In this document: piece by piece, positions 7,432-16,568 of the stretch
How positions within the stretch are numbered: position 1 is the first letter of the stretch
Layout: each line of letters starts with the position of its first letter
Virus record (IMG/VR): IMGVR_UViG_3300049472_000071
Span: 1 to 26,532 of that record
Length of the DNA stretch: 26,532 nt
Direction: 5' to 3' (one strand)
From: a virus
Lineage: Duplodnaviria > Caudoviricetes
Position numbers and translations under genes: made by a program
Notes under the pieces: generated by a model
What the model was told of the DNA's origin: nothing
What the model saw: only the letters and a program-made list of their open reading frames with translations
Database searches by the model: none

Positions 7432-9461
7432 ACTTTAAGTTTTGCTCTCGATTCTGTTACGTCTGTTTTTTTTGTTACTTTTTTAATGTCAACTACCGAT
7501 ACAACGGGGTTGCCAATACGTGCCATTGTTTCTGCCATTGTTTTGCTTATGTTGTTTTGAGCCAACACATCCCCCCCTATTGAATTACCAACTTGTGACA
7601 TGCCAGAAGTATCGACTGTCAGCGACCCGCCTCCGGCCATTGCAATAAGCCCGCTGTTTTTTGCTACTCTTGTTTGACCACGACCAGACAAAGGAGTTAC
7701 ACTAACACGTTCACGCCCCCCAGGATTATCACCTACCAAAAGTAAAGTGGGTTTGGTTGTTACAAAATCACCTCCTCCTGCTGCTGCACTTGGTTCTGAT
7801 TGTGCAATAGTGGCGACTTGTGCCGCCCCTGCTGCTGCTGTAATCCCAGCCAATACAAAGTTTACGGGGGGTGGTGCTGAACCCAAAGCAGAAGTGACTC
7901 CTTTTGCCGTATTGATTATCGCCTCGGTAACCGAAAATGCTTTTTGCACCTCAAAGTTGTCTTTTGATAATTGTTTACCTAACGAAGCTATTCCAGAAGC
8001 CACGGCAAATGTACCTTGTATGTATTTTTGTTTTTCGTCTTCTGCTTTTTTCTTCGAGTCTGCTTCTTTTTCATCATTGGCTTTTGAGTCTTCCGTCATG
8101 AAGTCTCTGGCTTCACGATTTATCTCAACCTCCTCTTCAGAGTTGTCACGTGTTTTAGCGACTACTTCATCAGACATTTCTAGTTGTTCATCTGTTGCAA
8201 GTCTTTTAAATGCCAAATACTCTTGGTCTTTTTCTAAAAGTCCGCTTATTCTTTTAGATTCTGCTGCCGCAAATTGGTCACGTCTTGCATCATATTTTTC
8301 TTGCAATGCTAAAGATTCGGTTTGAGCGTCTATTCTTTGTGCCTCTAATTGTAAGATTTTAAAATATGTTTCTTCCCTTGCTTTTGACCCCTCCCCTTGT
8401 GATTCAAGTAACGCCCTTTCAGCTTTTAATTCGTCGTCTATTAATGACAGTTTTTGTTTTGCTCTTTGTTCATCAGTCTTTTGAATTTTATCTAAAATAT
8501 TTAATTGCTGCTCATAACTTAAAGTAGAATTTTTTAATGCCTTTTCATTTATGGCTATTGTTTGATTTAGTTTTGCAAGCGTAACCAAGCTTTCATTTTG
8601 TTTTTGCTCTAAGTCATCCATTGCCTTTTCATACGCAATACCAGCAGCCGTAGCATCTGCCACAGATTTTGCCATATCCTCAAACTTGGTAGCAATAGTA
8701 TCAACGATTGGGACATTTTCCCTAATTACATTAAACAATGCCACAAATGGGGAGGCAATTGTTTTAAGTATCGGGGAAACTTTGTCAAACAACAAAGAGG
8801 CTAATTCCCCAATATATTTTGAGAATTCAACGACTGCCGAACTTGCCAAACTAACAGCAACTCCTACCCCTTTCATTACCCCTGCAAAGAAAGTGGCTGC
8901 ATCATCATTTTGGTTAAATAAAGCTACAAGACCAGTCAAAGCCGTAACTAATAAGCCTATTGGGTTTGTTGCTATAACCGTTCCAAGATTAACGATGCCG
9001 CTCCCAAAACTACCTGTTCCTGCAATCGCTTCTTTTATCGAAGCCGTGTAATTACCTACGTTTCGGGTGTTGTTGCCAAACCCATCTTCTAAGCCTTTAA
9101 GCCTGTCGCTTACGGCTTTCGCTTGTGTTTTTAAATCCGTATAACTCTTTGAAAGCTTGCCATTACCTAAATCAGTCTTTACGATTTCAGCAGTCAAAGA
9201 CTTATACTTTGCCCTTAACCCTTCAATCGTATTGTCGTTTAGCTTCGATTGGTTCTCGACTTCTTTAAGTTTGTTTTTATGTTCACCTAACTTAGTATTT
9301 ATAGATACTATTTCGTTTTGGGCTTTGATATACTCTTCCGTACCTACTTGTGCAGCCTTATACGACTTCTTAGCTTCGGCAAGTTGTTTGTTTAACTCGT
9401 CAATACTTTGAAGGTTTTTTATCTCTATCTCAAATATTTCTATCCTTGTATTGTCTGCCAT
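7428..9461 (-). CDS. Tail tape measure protein
   Basis: 677 aa, long helical/coiled-coil, RNVGNY motif, NPIGLLVTAL hydrophobic segment, Ala-rich AAAGAAQVATI and a C-terminal A.GG motif. Confidence 0.85.
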   Translation of the reverse strand: MADNTRIEIFEIEIKNLQSIDELNKQLAEAKKSYKAAQVGTEEYIKAQNEIVSINTKLGEHKNKLKEVENQSKLNDNTIEGLRAKYKSLTAEIVKTDLGNGKLSKSYTDLKTQAKAVSDRLKGLEDGFGNNTRNVGNYTASIKEAIAGTGSFGSGIVNLGTVIATNPIGLLVTALTGLVALFNQNDDAATFFAGVMKGVGVAVSLASSAVVEFSKYIGELASLLFDKVSPILKTIASPFVALFNVIRENVPIVDTIATKFEDMAKSVADATAAGIAYEKAMDDLEQKQNESLVTLAKLNQTIAINEKALKNSTLSYEQQLNILDKIQKTDEQRAKQKLSLIDDELKAERALLESQGEGSKAREETYFKILQLEAQRIDAQTESLALQEKYDARRDQFAAAESKRISGLLEKDQEYLAFKRLATDEQLEMSDEVVAKTRDNSEEEVEINREARDFMTEDSKANDEKEADSKKKAEDEKQKYIQGTFAVASGIASLGKQLSKDNFEVQKAFSVTEAIINTAKGVTSALGSAPPPVNFVLAGITAAAGAAQVATIAQSEPSAAAGGGDFVTTKPTLLLVGDNPGGRERVSVTPLSGRGQTRVAKNSGLIAMAGGGSLTVDTSGMSQVGNSIGGDVLAQNNISKTMAETMARIGNPVVSVVDIKKVTKKTDVTESRAKLKV

Positions 9462-9462
9462 G

Positions 9463-11484
9463 TCAGTACCATTTAATCAATTCACACTCCGTTGATTCAC
9501 CACTACCATCATACTGCCCTATGCTATTCAAATAATAATACCCTCCAAGATATTCGATGTACTTTAGTTTGGTATAGTCAACATTTGAGATGTCAAAAGC
9601 ATTCAAGTTAAAAGAAGCCCTTACTACGTTGGGGTTGTTCAATACTTTCTCTAGCTTCGAATAAGTTAATTGTAGGATCGTATTGCTTTGCACCGTATTT
9701 TCCAAAGAGCCACCAAATCCTAGATTATCATTTATAATAGGGTCTTGAACATTTGAAAGGTTGTTCAAAAAATAAGCGTATGGGATATGTGTGACGTTTT
9801 GCCCTGCTATACTTATAGTTGATATGATACCTTGTGTCAATTCTTCGACGCTAACGTTTGGCGCATAGTATAAAATCCTAGGTGTTGGGCTGTCGTCTTG
9901 TTTAATATATGGTAATTGCAAATATAAATCGGCAACCCCCGTAAATACATTCCTACTTTTGGTTGCCCCAAATGGTGCTTCGTAATAATCTTGCTGCCCG
10001 TCTAGGTAATCGTTATTTATGTCAATAGACCCCTCTCCATACTCTGACGAATAAGCAGCCTTGTATGCTTGCAATAACGTGTCATCCGTTAAGTCAGTGT
10101 ACTTAAATGTGTTTTTCTTTGCGTAATTGGAAACAAAATCATTGTAACTTGTCTCTATACTTTGTGACAAATCTAGTTTGTCAGACCAATCTTCTGCATT
10201 GTCAATTGTTAAATCCGTAATTGAATTCAATACAACCGAATTGCTGTATTTTTCGAACGACGGGATTACTCCAAAAACGGCAAATATATATTCAATAAAT
10301 TCTTTTTGTTTGATGTTGGCTACGTAGTTAGAAATCTGAACCTGACTACCAGCCACTATATCACGTGTAGGATAAAAAGCAAAAAAAGATTTTACTTTCC
10401 CAACGGGCATATATGTTGGATGCCATAAAATACTTGTCCCAACATCCGTGTTTTTTTTTCTGAAATATATTTCAAGATAATCCCCTGATGCCAATGTGAT
10501 TGAAGGAACTTGATATTCCAAAGAACCAAAAAAGTTTTCATGAACCAACACCCCATTTTTTAAAATATCAAGATACATGTAGTCATCAAACGTTGGGTCT
10601 GGCAAATACCCAGCACCATTGAATGCATGAACCTCAATCTGCATTATCATTGGTTCGTCAGCCGTGTACCGATAATTTGACGTATCATAATTACCTACAT
10701 ATGACGGACGTAGGTCAGTATTCTGGGCATATCCTGTTACGTTGTCAAGTTGAAGTATGACATTTGTAGTCGTTCCGTTTGATTGCTTTACTCCTGTCCC
10801 GCTTACGATTGCAACCCTGTCGTTTTTCCATTGTTCCGAATGGTAAGGAGTAATCCCGCAAAATGGTAAAAGCATCCGATATAAACGAGGGTCTTTTAAT
10901 AGCGAACCTTTAACCTTATATCCTAAATCTTGGAATATCTGTCTAAGTATGGTATGTGCAAAAACGGCAGGGAATATCTCACTTGACGTAATCGTGGCAC
11001 TCGATTTAGCTGCAAGACTTCCATAGTCAACTGGCAAATAAATATACCCATCTGTCCTTTCTTCAAGTATTTTATCAACTGTATTGTAATGGTCAAACCG
11101 TGACAGGTCTAAGTCATGAAGTGTTTTGTCCCCTATTGAATTAAACCAATCTACGTTTTTGCCGAAAAAAGTAATCTTTACATTGCCTTCAATTTCCTCG
11201 TCTTCGTCAATTCTTAAAAACCCTCGGTCTATTTCGTTGTTGTTATCCAATAATCGTGCAGCTATGTTACGATAAGGACTTGTCTGGCTTATCACATTTT
11301 TAACCGTGGCAAATCCTAAAGCCTCGGAAACTTCTGCTGTTAAAGGGATAGATGCAGTTGTCGAGAACGAACCTGATGTACTACCAGCATCGGCGAAGTC
11401 CGCAGCTTGAAAAGTCACACGAATCCTATTCTTTTGCGACATTTGCAGCACATAGCCAGTTTCCTCTATCTCTATTTGTATCAT
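9463..11484 (-). CDS. Phage tail/baseplate structural protein
   Basis: 673 aa next to the tape measure gene. GSFSTT.SIP N-terminus, YLPVDYG, DWSDKLD and YYLNSI...CELIK C-terminus fit siphovirus tail-tip proteins. Confidence 0.65.
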   Translation of the reverse strand: MIQIEIEETGYVLQMSQKNRIRVTFQAADFADAGSTSGSFSTTASIPLTAEVSEALGFATVKNVISQTSPYRNIAARLLDNNNEIDRGFLRIDEDEEIEGNVKITFFGKNVDWFNSIGDKTLHDLDLSRFDHYNTVDKILEERTDGYIYLPVDYGSLAAKSSATITSSEIFPAVFAHTILRQIFQDLGYKVKGSLLKDPRLYRMLLPFCGITPYHSEQWKNDRVAIVSGTGVKQSNGTTTNVILQLDNVTGYAQNTDLRPSYVGNYDTSNYRYTADEPMIMQIEVHAFNGAGYLPDPTFDDYMYLDILKNGVLVHENFFGSLEYQVPSITLASGDYLEIYFRKKNTDVGTSILWHPTYMPVGKVKSFFAFYPTRDIVAGSQVQISNYVANIKQKEFIEYIFAVFGVIPSFEKYSNSVVLNSITDLTIDNAEDWSDKLDLSQSIETSYNDFVSNYAKKNTFKYTDLTDDTLLQAYKAAYSSEYGEGSIDINNDYLDGQQDYYEAPFGATKSRNVFTGVADLYLQLPYIKQDDSPTPRILYYAPNVSVEELTQGIISTISIAGQNVTHIPYAYFLNNLSNVQDPIINDNLGFGGSLENTVQSNTILQLTYSKLEKVLNNPNVVRASFNLNAFDISNVDYTKLKYIEYLGGYYYLNSIGQYDGSGESTECELIKWY

Positions 11485-14438
11485 TGTCTTTGACCCAATA
11501 TTTGTGGATAGATAATATCAAACTCAATTGCATATAGCTTATCCCCGTCACTGTATTTTTTTATAGAGTCAGTATCAACGATAACGGTTATTTTTTCGGT
11601 TGTGCTAATCCATGCCTGAACACGTATTGAACTGATTATCTCACTAATTACATCTAATCTATCCTTCGTCACAAACTGGCTTCTGACAGTCACGATATCG
11701 TTTGAGTCTATTCTTATCTTGTCGTCTTGTGTTTCGCTTGTAAAATCATTAGGGAAATTTGCTAATATGTTTCTCCTTACAGTAACCGTATTGTCTGTTT
11801 TTTTCTCATAACTTTTCCTAGCTGTAAACAAGAAATGTTCCCAGTTCCCAAGTGAGTTAATCCACGATAGATAAATACTTTGTTTTGCGCACTCTTGATT
11901 TATTTCAATTGTTTTTTGTTCCGAAACTTTCAACTCAACCACCTCGGATAGTTCTTTGCCTGAAATGGTTGTAAAGTTGTTTGGGGCTGAATAACTGCCA
12001 CCTCCCCCAGTTGACCATGTACCATTTACTCTAGTGTAAATACGTTCACCTGTCACTACTCTAATAACATCCTCACTCTCTATTTTTATCGTATTTATAT
12101 TTGTGGAGTCTGAATTGCTTGACATTATGGTGTTTATGCCAGAATCTTGGACAAATGAAGTCCCGTTATAGATATATAAATTAGCTGTCGTACATACTGC
12201 TATATTGTTTTCATCCAATACACTTATTGAATTCTCGTTTGTACCAGCTATAACATCAATAGCTTGACCTTGACCTGTTGCCAATGGATATTTTAATACT
12301 TGAATCTGTCCCATAAAATGATATGGGATATATAATATATCTTCATGAATATCTATTTTAATCGAAGCATCACTTATTATATTCAAAGCGGTTGTTGAGA
12401 AAGTATACTCCAATACCCAAACGCCATTTGATACACGCTTATAAATTTCAGTGTCCCCAAACGGTGCTTGTGCAATAATATAGATAGTGCCGTTACTACT
12501 CATTACTACACCTTGAACATAAGGAGTAATCCCCATTGGCTCTATATTGACATTTGCATCTATACATGTTAATATATTTCCAGAAGCTCCATTGTTTGCT
12601 ACTACCCAATTATCTGTATCAAGCGCATATAAATAGTTGCCAACGAATGAAACGTCCCCACCTAAATAATTTGTTGATGTTCCGTCAATGTAAGTATAAA
12701 CTTCACTTCTATTTGAAAATGGGTTAAGTGCTAAAATAACCGCCTTGCCGTAATCAGTTACAAATACTTTTTCGACATTATAATTAGCTGTCAAAGCAAA
12801 TGAAGTATAAGTATCAAAACTACCTATAAAATAGAATGCAGTGCCTATCCCGTAAACACTGAACCAATCTGTATTTGTTTGATTTCTTACTAACTGTAAA
12901 CTCACACTTAACGAACTGCCTATCTTGTCATCAATTCTTAACCGATAAACGCCGTCTCCGTTGTTTTCAATCTCTGTGTCTAAAGTATCAATTAACTCGC
13001 CTGATTCATCATATCTGTTCAAGCGATAAATCAACCCATCTTCTGTAAAAGGAATGTCAATTGTCGTTTGTGGAATGATACAAGATATATCAAAATAATT
13101 GTTTGGGAATAAAAGTGGGGTTTCAAATCGTGTAAGAAACTTTCCTAATATTTGTTGGGTGTTGTAGTTCATGACATATTCTGCCATGTTACCACCATAT
13201 GTAGTCCTTTGTCTTGTCAATCCATCATAAAATTGGCGTGTTCCATTTTCTGCAAAGATATATGCTTTACAATCCTCACTAACATCCTCTACTATTGATA
13301 TACTTGACACCTCGGCATAATATGAACTACTAGATAATGGGAACTGAAAATATATAATAAGGTATTTTTTGGGTTCATTTAATGTAAATGTAATGTTTAC
13401 GTCTTCGTTTGCGTTTGTTACATAACCAGCCGAATATATTACATCATTTGGGGGTGTAACAGCTAACGAGTCTGACGCAAACAGCTTTATACTACACTCA
13501 TAACGCAATACACTTGACAGGCTTATCAAATACTTTAGGTTTATGGTATATGACTTGCTCGCAATGAAGTTTAACTCTTGGTATAAATATTTAGACCAGT
13601 TGCCCAAATTAGGACTTGAAGGTGTAACTCTTGCAGTCCCAGAGTTCCATGCCCACGCAGTTGAATAAACACTACCAATAGCTGAATTTATCTGTGACCA
13701 CCCATCAAGGTTAGATGTGAACTCCCCGTTTGCGATTGTTGTAGTTGTGCATGTATCTAGTATGTCCGTCGTGTACCCACTGACATACGTTTCTGGATAA
13801 GCACTTGCATAGGTATCATATGTCTCGGCGTATTCAATATAAAAGGAAGTCCACGCATTTAAGTCGTTTGGTCTGCCAGTTCCGTTTATGTCGTTGTTCT
13901 GGTTAATCTTTTGCTTAACTAAATCGGCAACATCAATGATTGAAACGTTTGAAAGGTTTGGTGCGATTGCAAAAGTACCAACATAACTCATTGGGTCAGT
14001 CGCTTGTAATGGGTGTTCAGGGGGTATGCCTGCATATAACTTGACTAATACCGAATAGTTTTCGTAATACCGTTGTATAGCCCCCGTGCTGGTTTCTGAA
14101 TAAGAAATATTCAATGTAATATACTCACCAGCAACTACCTCCTTGACTTCATAAATGCCAGAATAAACAGAACCTGTTACCTTTACTTTTTCTCCTACAA
14201 TGTAATTCTCGTATGCTGACCCTGCAAGATTGAAACGAGCAAATCCATTTCTATTCAATACTTCTGTATATGAGTCAATAGTGTCCTCGCTGTTTGTCGG
14301 AAACTTTGTATTACTAATCTTATACACAAGCGGCAAGTGTGCAGCAGACCAACGTGAGTAGTAGTAAGGGTCTTCGCCGTATTCAGGAGGGTTGTTTTCG
14401 TAAAGATAAGCGTCTGGTCTTTGTGTTACTGTCAACAT
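11481..14438 (-). CDS. Large tail structural protein with inserted carbohydrate-binding-like and beta-propeller-like domains
   Basis: 985 aa, beta-rich. C-terminal WINSLGNWEHFLF motif, an internal IANGEFTSNLDGW segment and a repeated short-strand region. Confidence 0.6.
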   Translation of the reverse strand: MLTVTQRPDAYLYENNPPEYGEDPYYYSRWSAAHLPLVYKISNTKFPTNSEDTIDSYTEVLNRNGFARFNLAGSAYENYIVGEKVKVTGSVYSGIYEVKEVVAGEYITLNISYSETSTGAIQRYYENYSVLVKLYAGIPPEHPLQATDPMSYVGTFAIAPNLSNVSIIDVADLVKQKINQNNDINGTGRPNDLNAWTSFYIEYAETYDTYASAYPETYVSGYTTDILDTCTTTTIANGEFTSNLDGWSQINSAIGSVYSTAWAWNSGTARVTPSSPNLGNWSKYLYQELNFIASKSYTINLKYLISLSSVLRYECSIKLFASDSLAVTPPNDVIYSAGYVTNANEDVNITFTLNEPKKYLIIYFQFPLSSSSYYAEVSSISIVEDVSEDCKAYIFAENGTRQFYDGLTRQRTTYGGNMAEYVMNYNTQQILGKFLTRFETPLLFPNNYFDISCIIPQTTIDIPFTEDGLIYRLNRYDESGELIDTLDTEIENNGDGVYRLRIDDKIGSSLSVSLQLVRNQTNTDWFSVYGIGTAFYFIGSFDTYTSFALTANYNVEKVFVTDYGKAVILALNPFSNRSEVYTYIDGTSTNYLGGDVSFVGNYLYALDTDNWVVANNGASGNILTCIDANVNIEPMGITPYVQGVVMSSNGTIYIIAQAPFGDTEIYKRVSNGVWVLEYTFSTTALNIISDASIKIDIHEDILYIPYHFMGQIQVLKYPLATGQGQAIDVIAGTNENSISVLDENNIAVCTTANLYIYNGTSFVQDSGINTIMSSNSDSTNINTIKIESEDVIRVVTGERIYTRVNGTWSTGGGGSYSAPNNFTTISGKELSEVVELKVSEQKTIEINQECAKQSIYLSWINSLGNWEHFLFTARKSYEKKTDNTVTVRRNILANFPNDFTSETQDDKIRIDSNDIVTVRSQFVTKDRLDVISEIISSIRVQAWISTTEKITVIVDTDSIKKYSDGDKLYAIEFDIIYPQILGQRQ

Positions 14439-14440
14439 GT

Positions 14441-14938
14441 CTAAGCTGGCTCAAATGCCTTTGTAAATGATGTTTGAATTGTTTCAGTCATTAAGTCTTT
14501 GATTGCATCTTCTATACTTTCGGCTGTCTTGTCCAGTACGCTCGTATAAATGTCTCTAGTTTGTCCTTTGCTTCCTTTATCCCTCCATAACTTAGTCCCA
14601 AGCCTATTGATTTTCAAAGTTATAAAATTTGCCAAACTTGCTTTGCCTTTTTCAGATAAATCATTGCCTATCCCTCTATATGGCATCCATTCTAGTATCT
14701 TGTCTGCTAATCCTGAACTTGTACTGCTTTCTCTTGGAGGTCTACCTGTCTCTGCCCACTTCAAAGACTTATCCCCACTTATTACGCCCTTGATACTTGC
14801 TTCGCCTTGAGTCACCTCAAACAACAAACTCCGCTTTGTGCCACCACTTGCCGAGTAGTCGTTACTATCCATGTTTTGTTGGATAGCCTTAACCGCTCCT
14901 GATAGTTCATCTGTTAATATCTGTGATAGTGTTGGCAT
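14441..14938 (-). CDS. Putative neck/tail-completion protein
   Basis: 165 aa with ASGGTKRSL, ETGRPP, ILEW and I..KINRLGT motifs like HK97 gp10-type tail completion proteins. Its position is consistent. Confidence 0.55.
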   Translation of the reverse strand: MPTLSQILTDELSGAVKAIQQNMDSNDYSASGGTKRSLLFEVTQGEASIKGVISGDKSLKWAETGRPPRESSTSSGLADKILEWMPYRGIGNDLSEKGKASLANFITLKINRLGTKLWRDKGSKGQTRDIYTSVLDKTAESIEDAIKDLMTETIQTSFTKAFEPA

Positions 14939-15163
14939 TTAATCTTTAACAATATCAATTTGAATTCCACGTATATACAACCGTTTATCAGTGGCATACA
15001 TTTCTTTTTTATTGTAAACAAAAGGGAAACCATCAGCCCCTTTACATTCTCGCAGTATTTTTTCTACAATTGCTTCTTTTAGCTTCAACTTTGATGGATA
15101 AATTTTAAACGACTGGGTATATTTTACAAATTCATCCATCATATCAGCAAACATAAGTATCAT
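14939..15163 (-). CDS. Hypothetical protein
   Basis: 74 aa ORF that fills the gap exactly between the neighbouring genes. Confidence 0.55.
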   Translation of the reverse strand: MILMFADMMDEFVKYTQSFKIYPSKLKLKEAIVEKILRECKGADGFPFVYNKKEMYATDKRLYIRGIQIDIVKD

Positions 15164-15578
15164 AAACGATTAAAGAGAACGTCAAGATGCAACCACTTGT
15201 ATGGTCTGTCCCAAACGTAGTGCGATGCAAAGGCTTAATATCGGGACTAGTAGCAAACTCGATGTAATCATTGTCGTTTAGCTTATTGATAAAATCTCTT
15301 GCGATTGTTTCGCTAAAGTCTACCAAGCTATTTTGGTTGGCTGAATCATCTGTAGCTAAAGCCTTAACTAGAAAAACCATCGTGATAGCCCAACGCTCTG
15401 TATTGTCAAACGTATTTGGATTTGATGCAACTACTGTCATTGGGTCAAGCCATACCAAAGGGTATTTCTTTTCCTTCAATTGGTTAAAGTCAGCATCTCT
15501 ACCATGCCCAAACATGACAGAATAACCTAAGTCATCAACCGTATCGTTTATCAATGTTTGAACGCTTGCGTACTCCAT
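15144..15578 (-). CDS. Putative tail terminator protein
   Basis: 144 aa, acidic, with YPLVWL and a C-terminal SGCILTFSL strand. It lies in the neck module. Confidence 0.55.
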   Translation of the reverse strand: MEYASVQTLINDTVDDLGYSVMFGHGRDADFNQLKEKKYPLVWLDPMTVVASNPNTFDNTERWAITMVFLVKALATDDSANQNSLVDFSETIARDFINKLNDNDYIEFATSPDIKPLHRTTFGTDHTSGCILTFSLIVYDTYVC

Positions 15579-15763
15579 TACTTCAAAGTGTTTATCAATT
15601 TACCCAATGCCTGATTAAGTATTGCAACTTCTTTCTGCGCATTGACAATAAAATTTAGCCTATTATTTTTGTCTTCAAAATACTCTAGGTTATTGTGAAC
15701 CCCCAAACATGTCTCTTCAATATTACAAGCACTCGTAGAAATTTCCTTTAGTATTTCTTCCAT
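15578..15763 (-). CDS. Hypothetical protein
   Basis: 61 aa, with TAATG coupling at both ends. Confidence 0.55.
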   Translation of the reverse strand: MEEILKEISTSACNIEETCLGVHNNLEYFEDKNNRLNFIVNAQKEVAILNQALGKLINTLK

Positions 15764-16032
15764 TACTTTTGCTGATTTAAAAGTTCCTGATATTTCTTTT
15801 GAAAGTTAGCCACATGCGAATTATATTGAATCTTTCCATACACTCGATAAACGCTTAGTTGCTTAATATAATCCTCTTTTTCAAAGTCTCCTTTTGCCAA
15901 GCTGTCAAGTATAGCCGAAAAGCCAAACGCTTTATAGATCGCTCCAAGCCCAGCTTCAATTTCTTCCACGCTGAAATCTGTTTCGGGGCACTGCCCTCGA
16001 TGCCACTCTGTGATACGATAAATCTCAGCAAA
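15763..16032 (-). CDS. C-terminal (-1 frame) part of frameshifted tail assembly chaperone
   Basis: The frame of ORF 15763..15969 is open upstream to the T9 run at 16030-16038 and is the -1 frame of ORF 15855..16568. Confidence 0.6.
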   Translation of the reverse strand, partial: FAEIYRITEWHRGQCPETDFSVEEIEAGLGAIYKAFGFSAILDSLAKGDFEKEDYIKQLSVYRVYGKIQYNSHVANFQKKYQELLNQQK

Positions 16033-16568
16033 AAAAAATTGACAACCCCTATTACCATTGGTGCAGGTAACGTTCTGATTTGACTTACCAACGCCTCTGC
16101 TTTACCAAAGTTATACTTTTCTTTGCTTGCTTTTGGTTGTAGGTAAATAGAGCAAATCAAAGGGTAATACTTATCCATCGCATCAAAAGGATGTGTCTTA
16201 TACAACGTGTCATACTTAGCAAGCAATATTTTTGCATCCTCAAATTGTGCTACCGTGTTTTCCCCTAAGTCCCCAAACTCCATTGTTTCAGACATCCATT
16301 TAATCTTTCGTATCTCGGAGTCGTTAATCTCATTAATGCCTGACGTTATCCACTTTGAAATAGAGTTCATGCAATAGTAGTACAGGCTGGTCTTGTTGCT
16401 ATTTGCCCAATCTTCTTTGCTTACTCCTGTCAGAATTGAAACAGCATTCAAGTCCACGTTGTCGCAAACTTGTAGCTTCACAAATTGTTCAAATGTAACA
16501 TCATCCCACGACTCTGGTAGTTCAATAAAAGTGTCGTCTATAAATAGTAGTCTTTCCATTCTTATCAT
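15855..16568 (-). CDS. Probable tail assembly chaperone (unshifted product)
   Basis: 237 aa with LPESWDDVTFEQF N-terminus. It contains the slippery AAT TTT TTT TTG (VNFFL) and has an ATGA overlap with the terL stop. Confidence 0.6.
   Translation of the reverse strand: MIRMERLLFIDDTFIELPESWDDVTFEQFVKLQVCDNVDLNAVSILTGVSKEDWANSNKTSLYYYCMNSISKWITSGINEINDSEIRKIKWMSETMEFGDLGENTVAQFEDAKILLAKYDTLYKTHPFDAMDKYYPLICSIYLQPKASKEKYNFGKAEALVSQIRTLPAPMVIGVVNFFLLRFIVSQSGIEGSAPKQISAWKKLKLGLERSIKRLAFRLYLTAWQKETLKKRIILSN

Noticed and set aside
7747-9411. Plus-strand ORFs (192, 121 and 84 aa) opposite the tape measure gene, and similar antisense ORFs across the window
   Set aside because: They are Ser/Phe-rich shadow frames of strongly coding minus-strand genes, with no motifs or start context.
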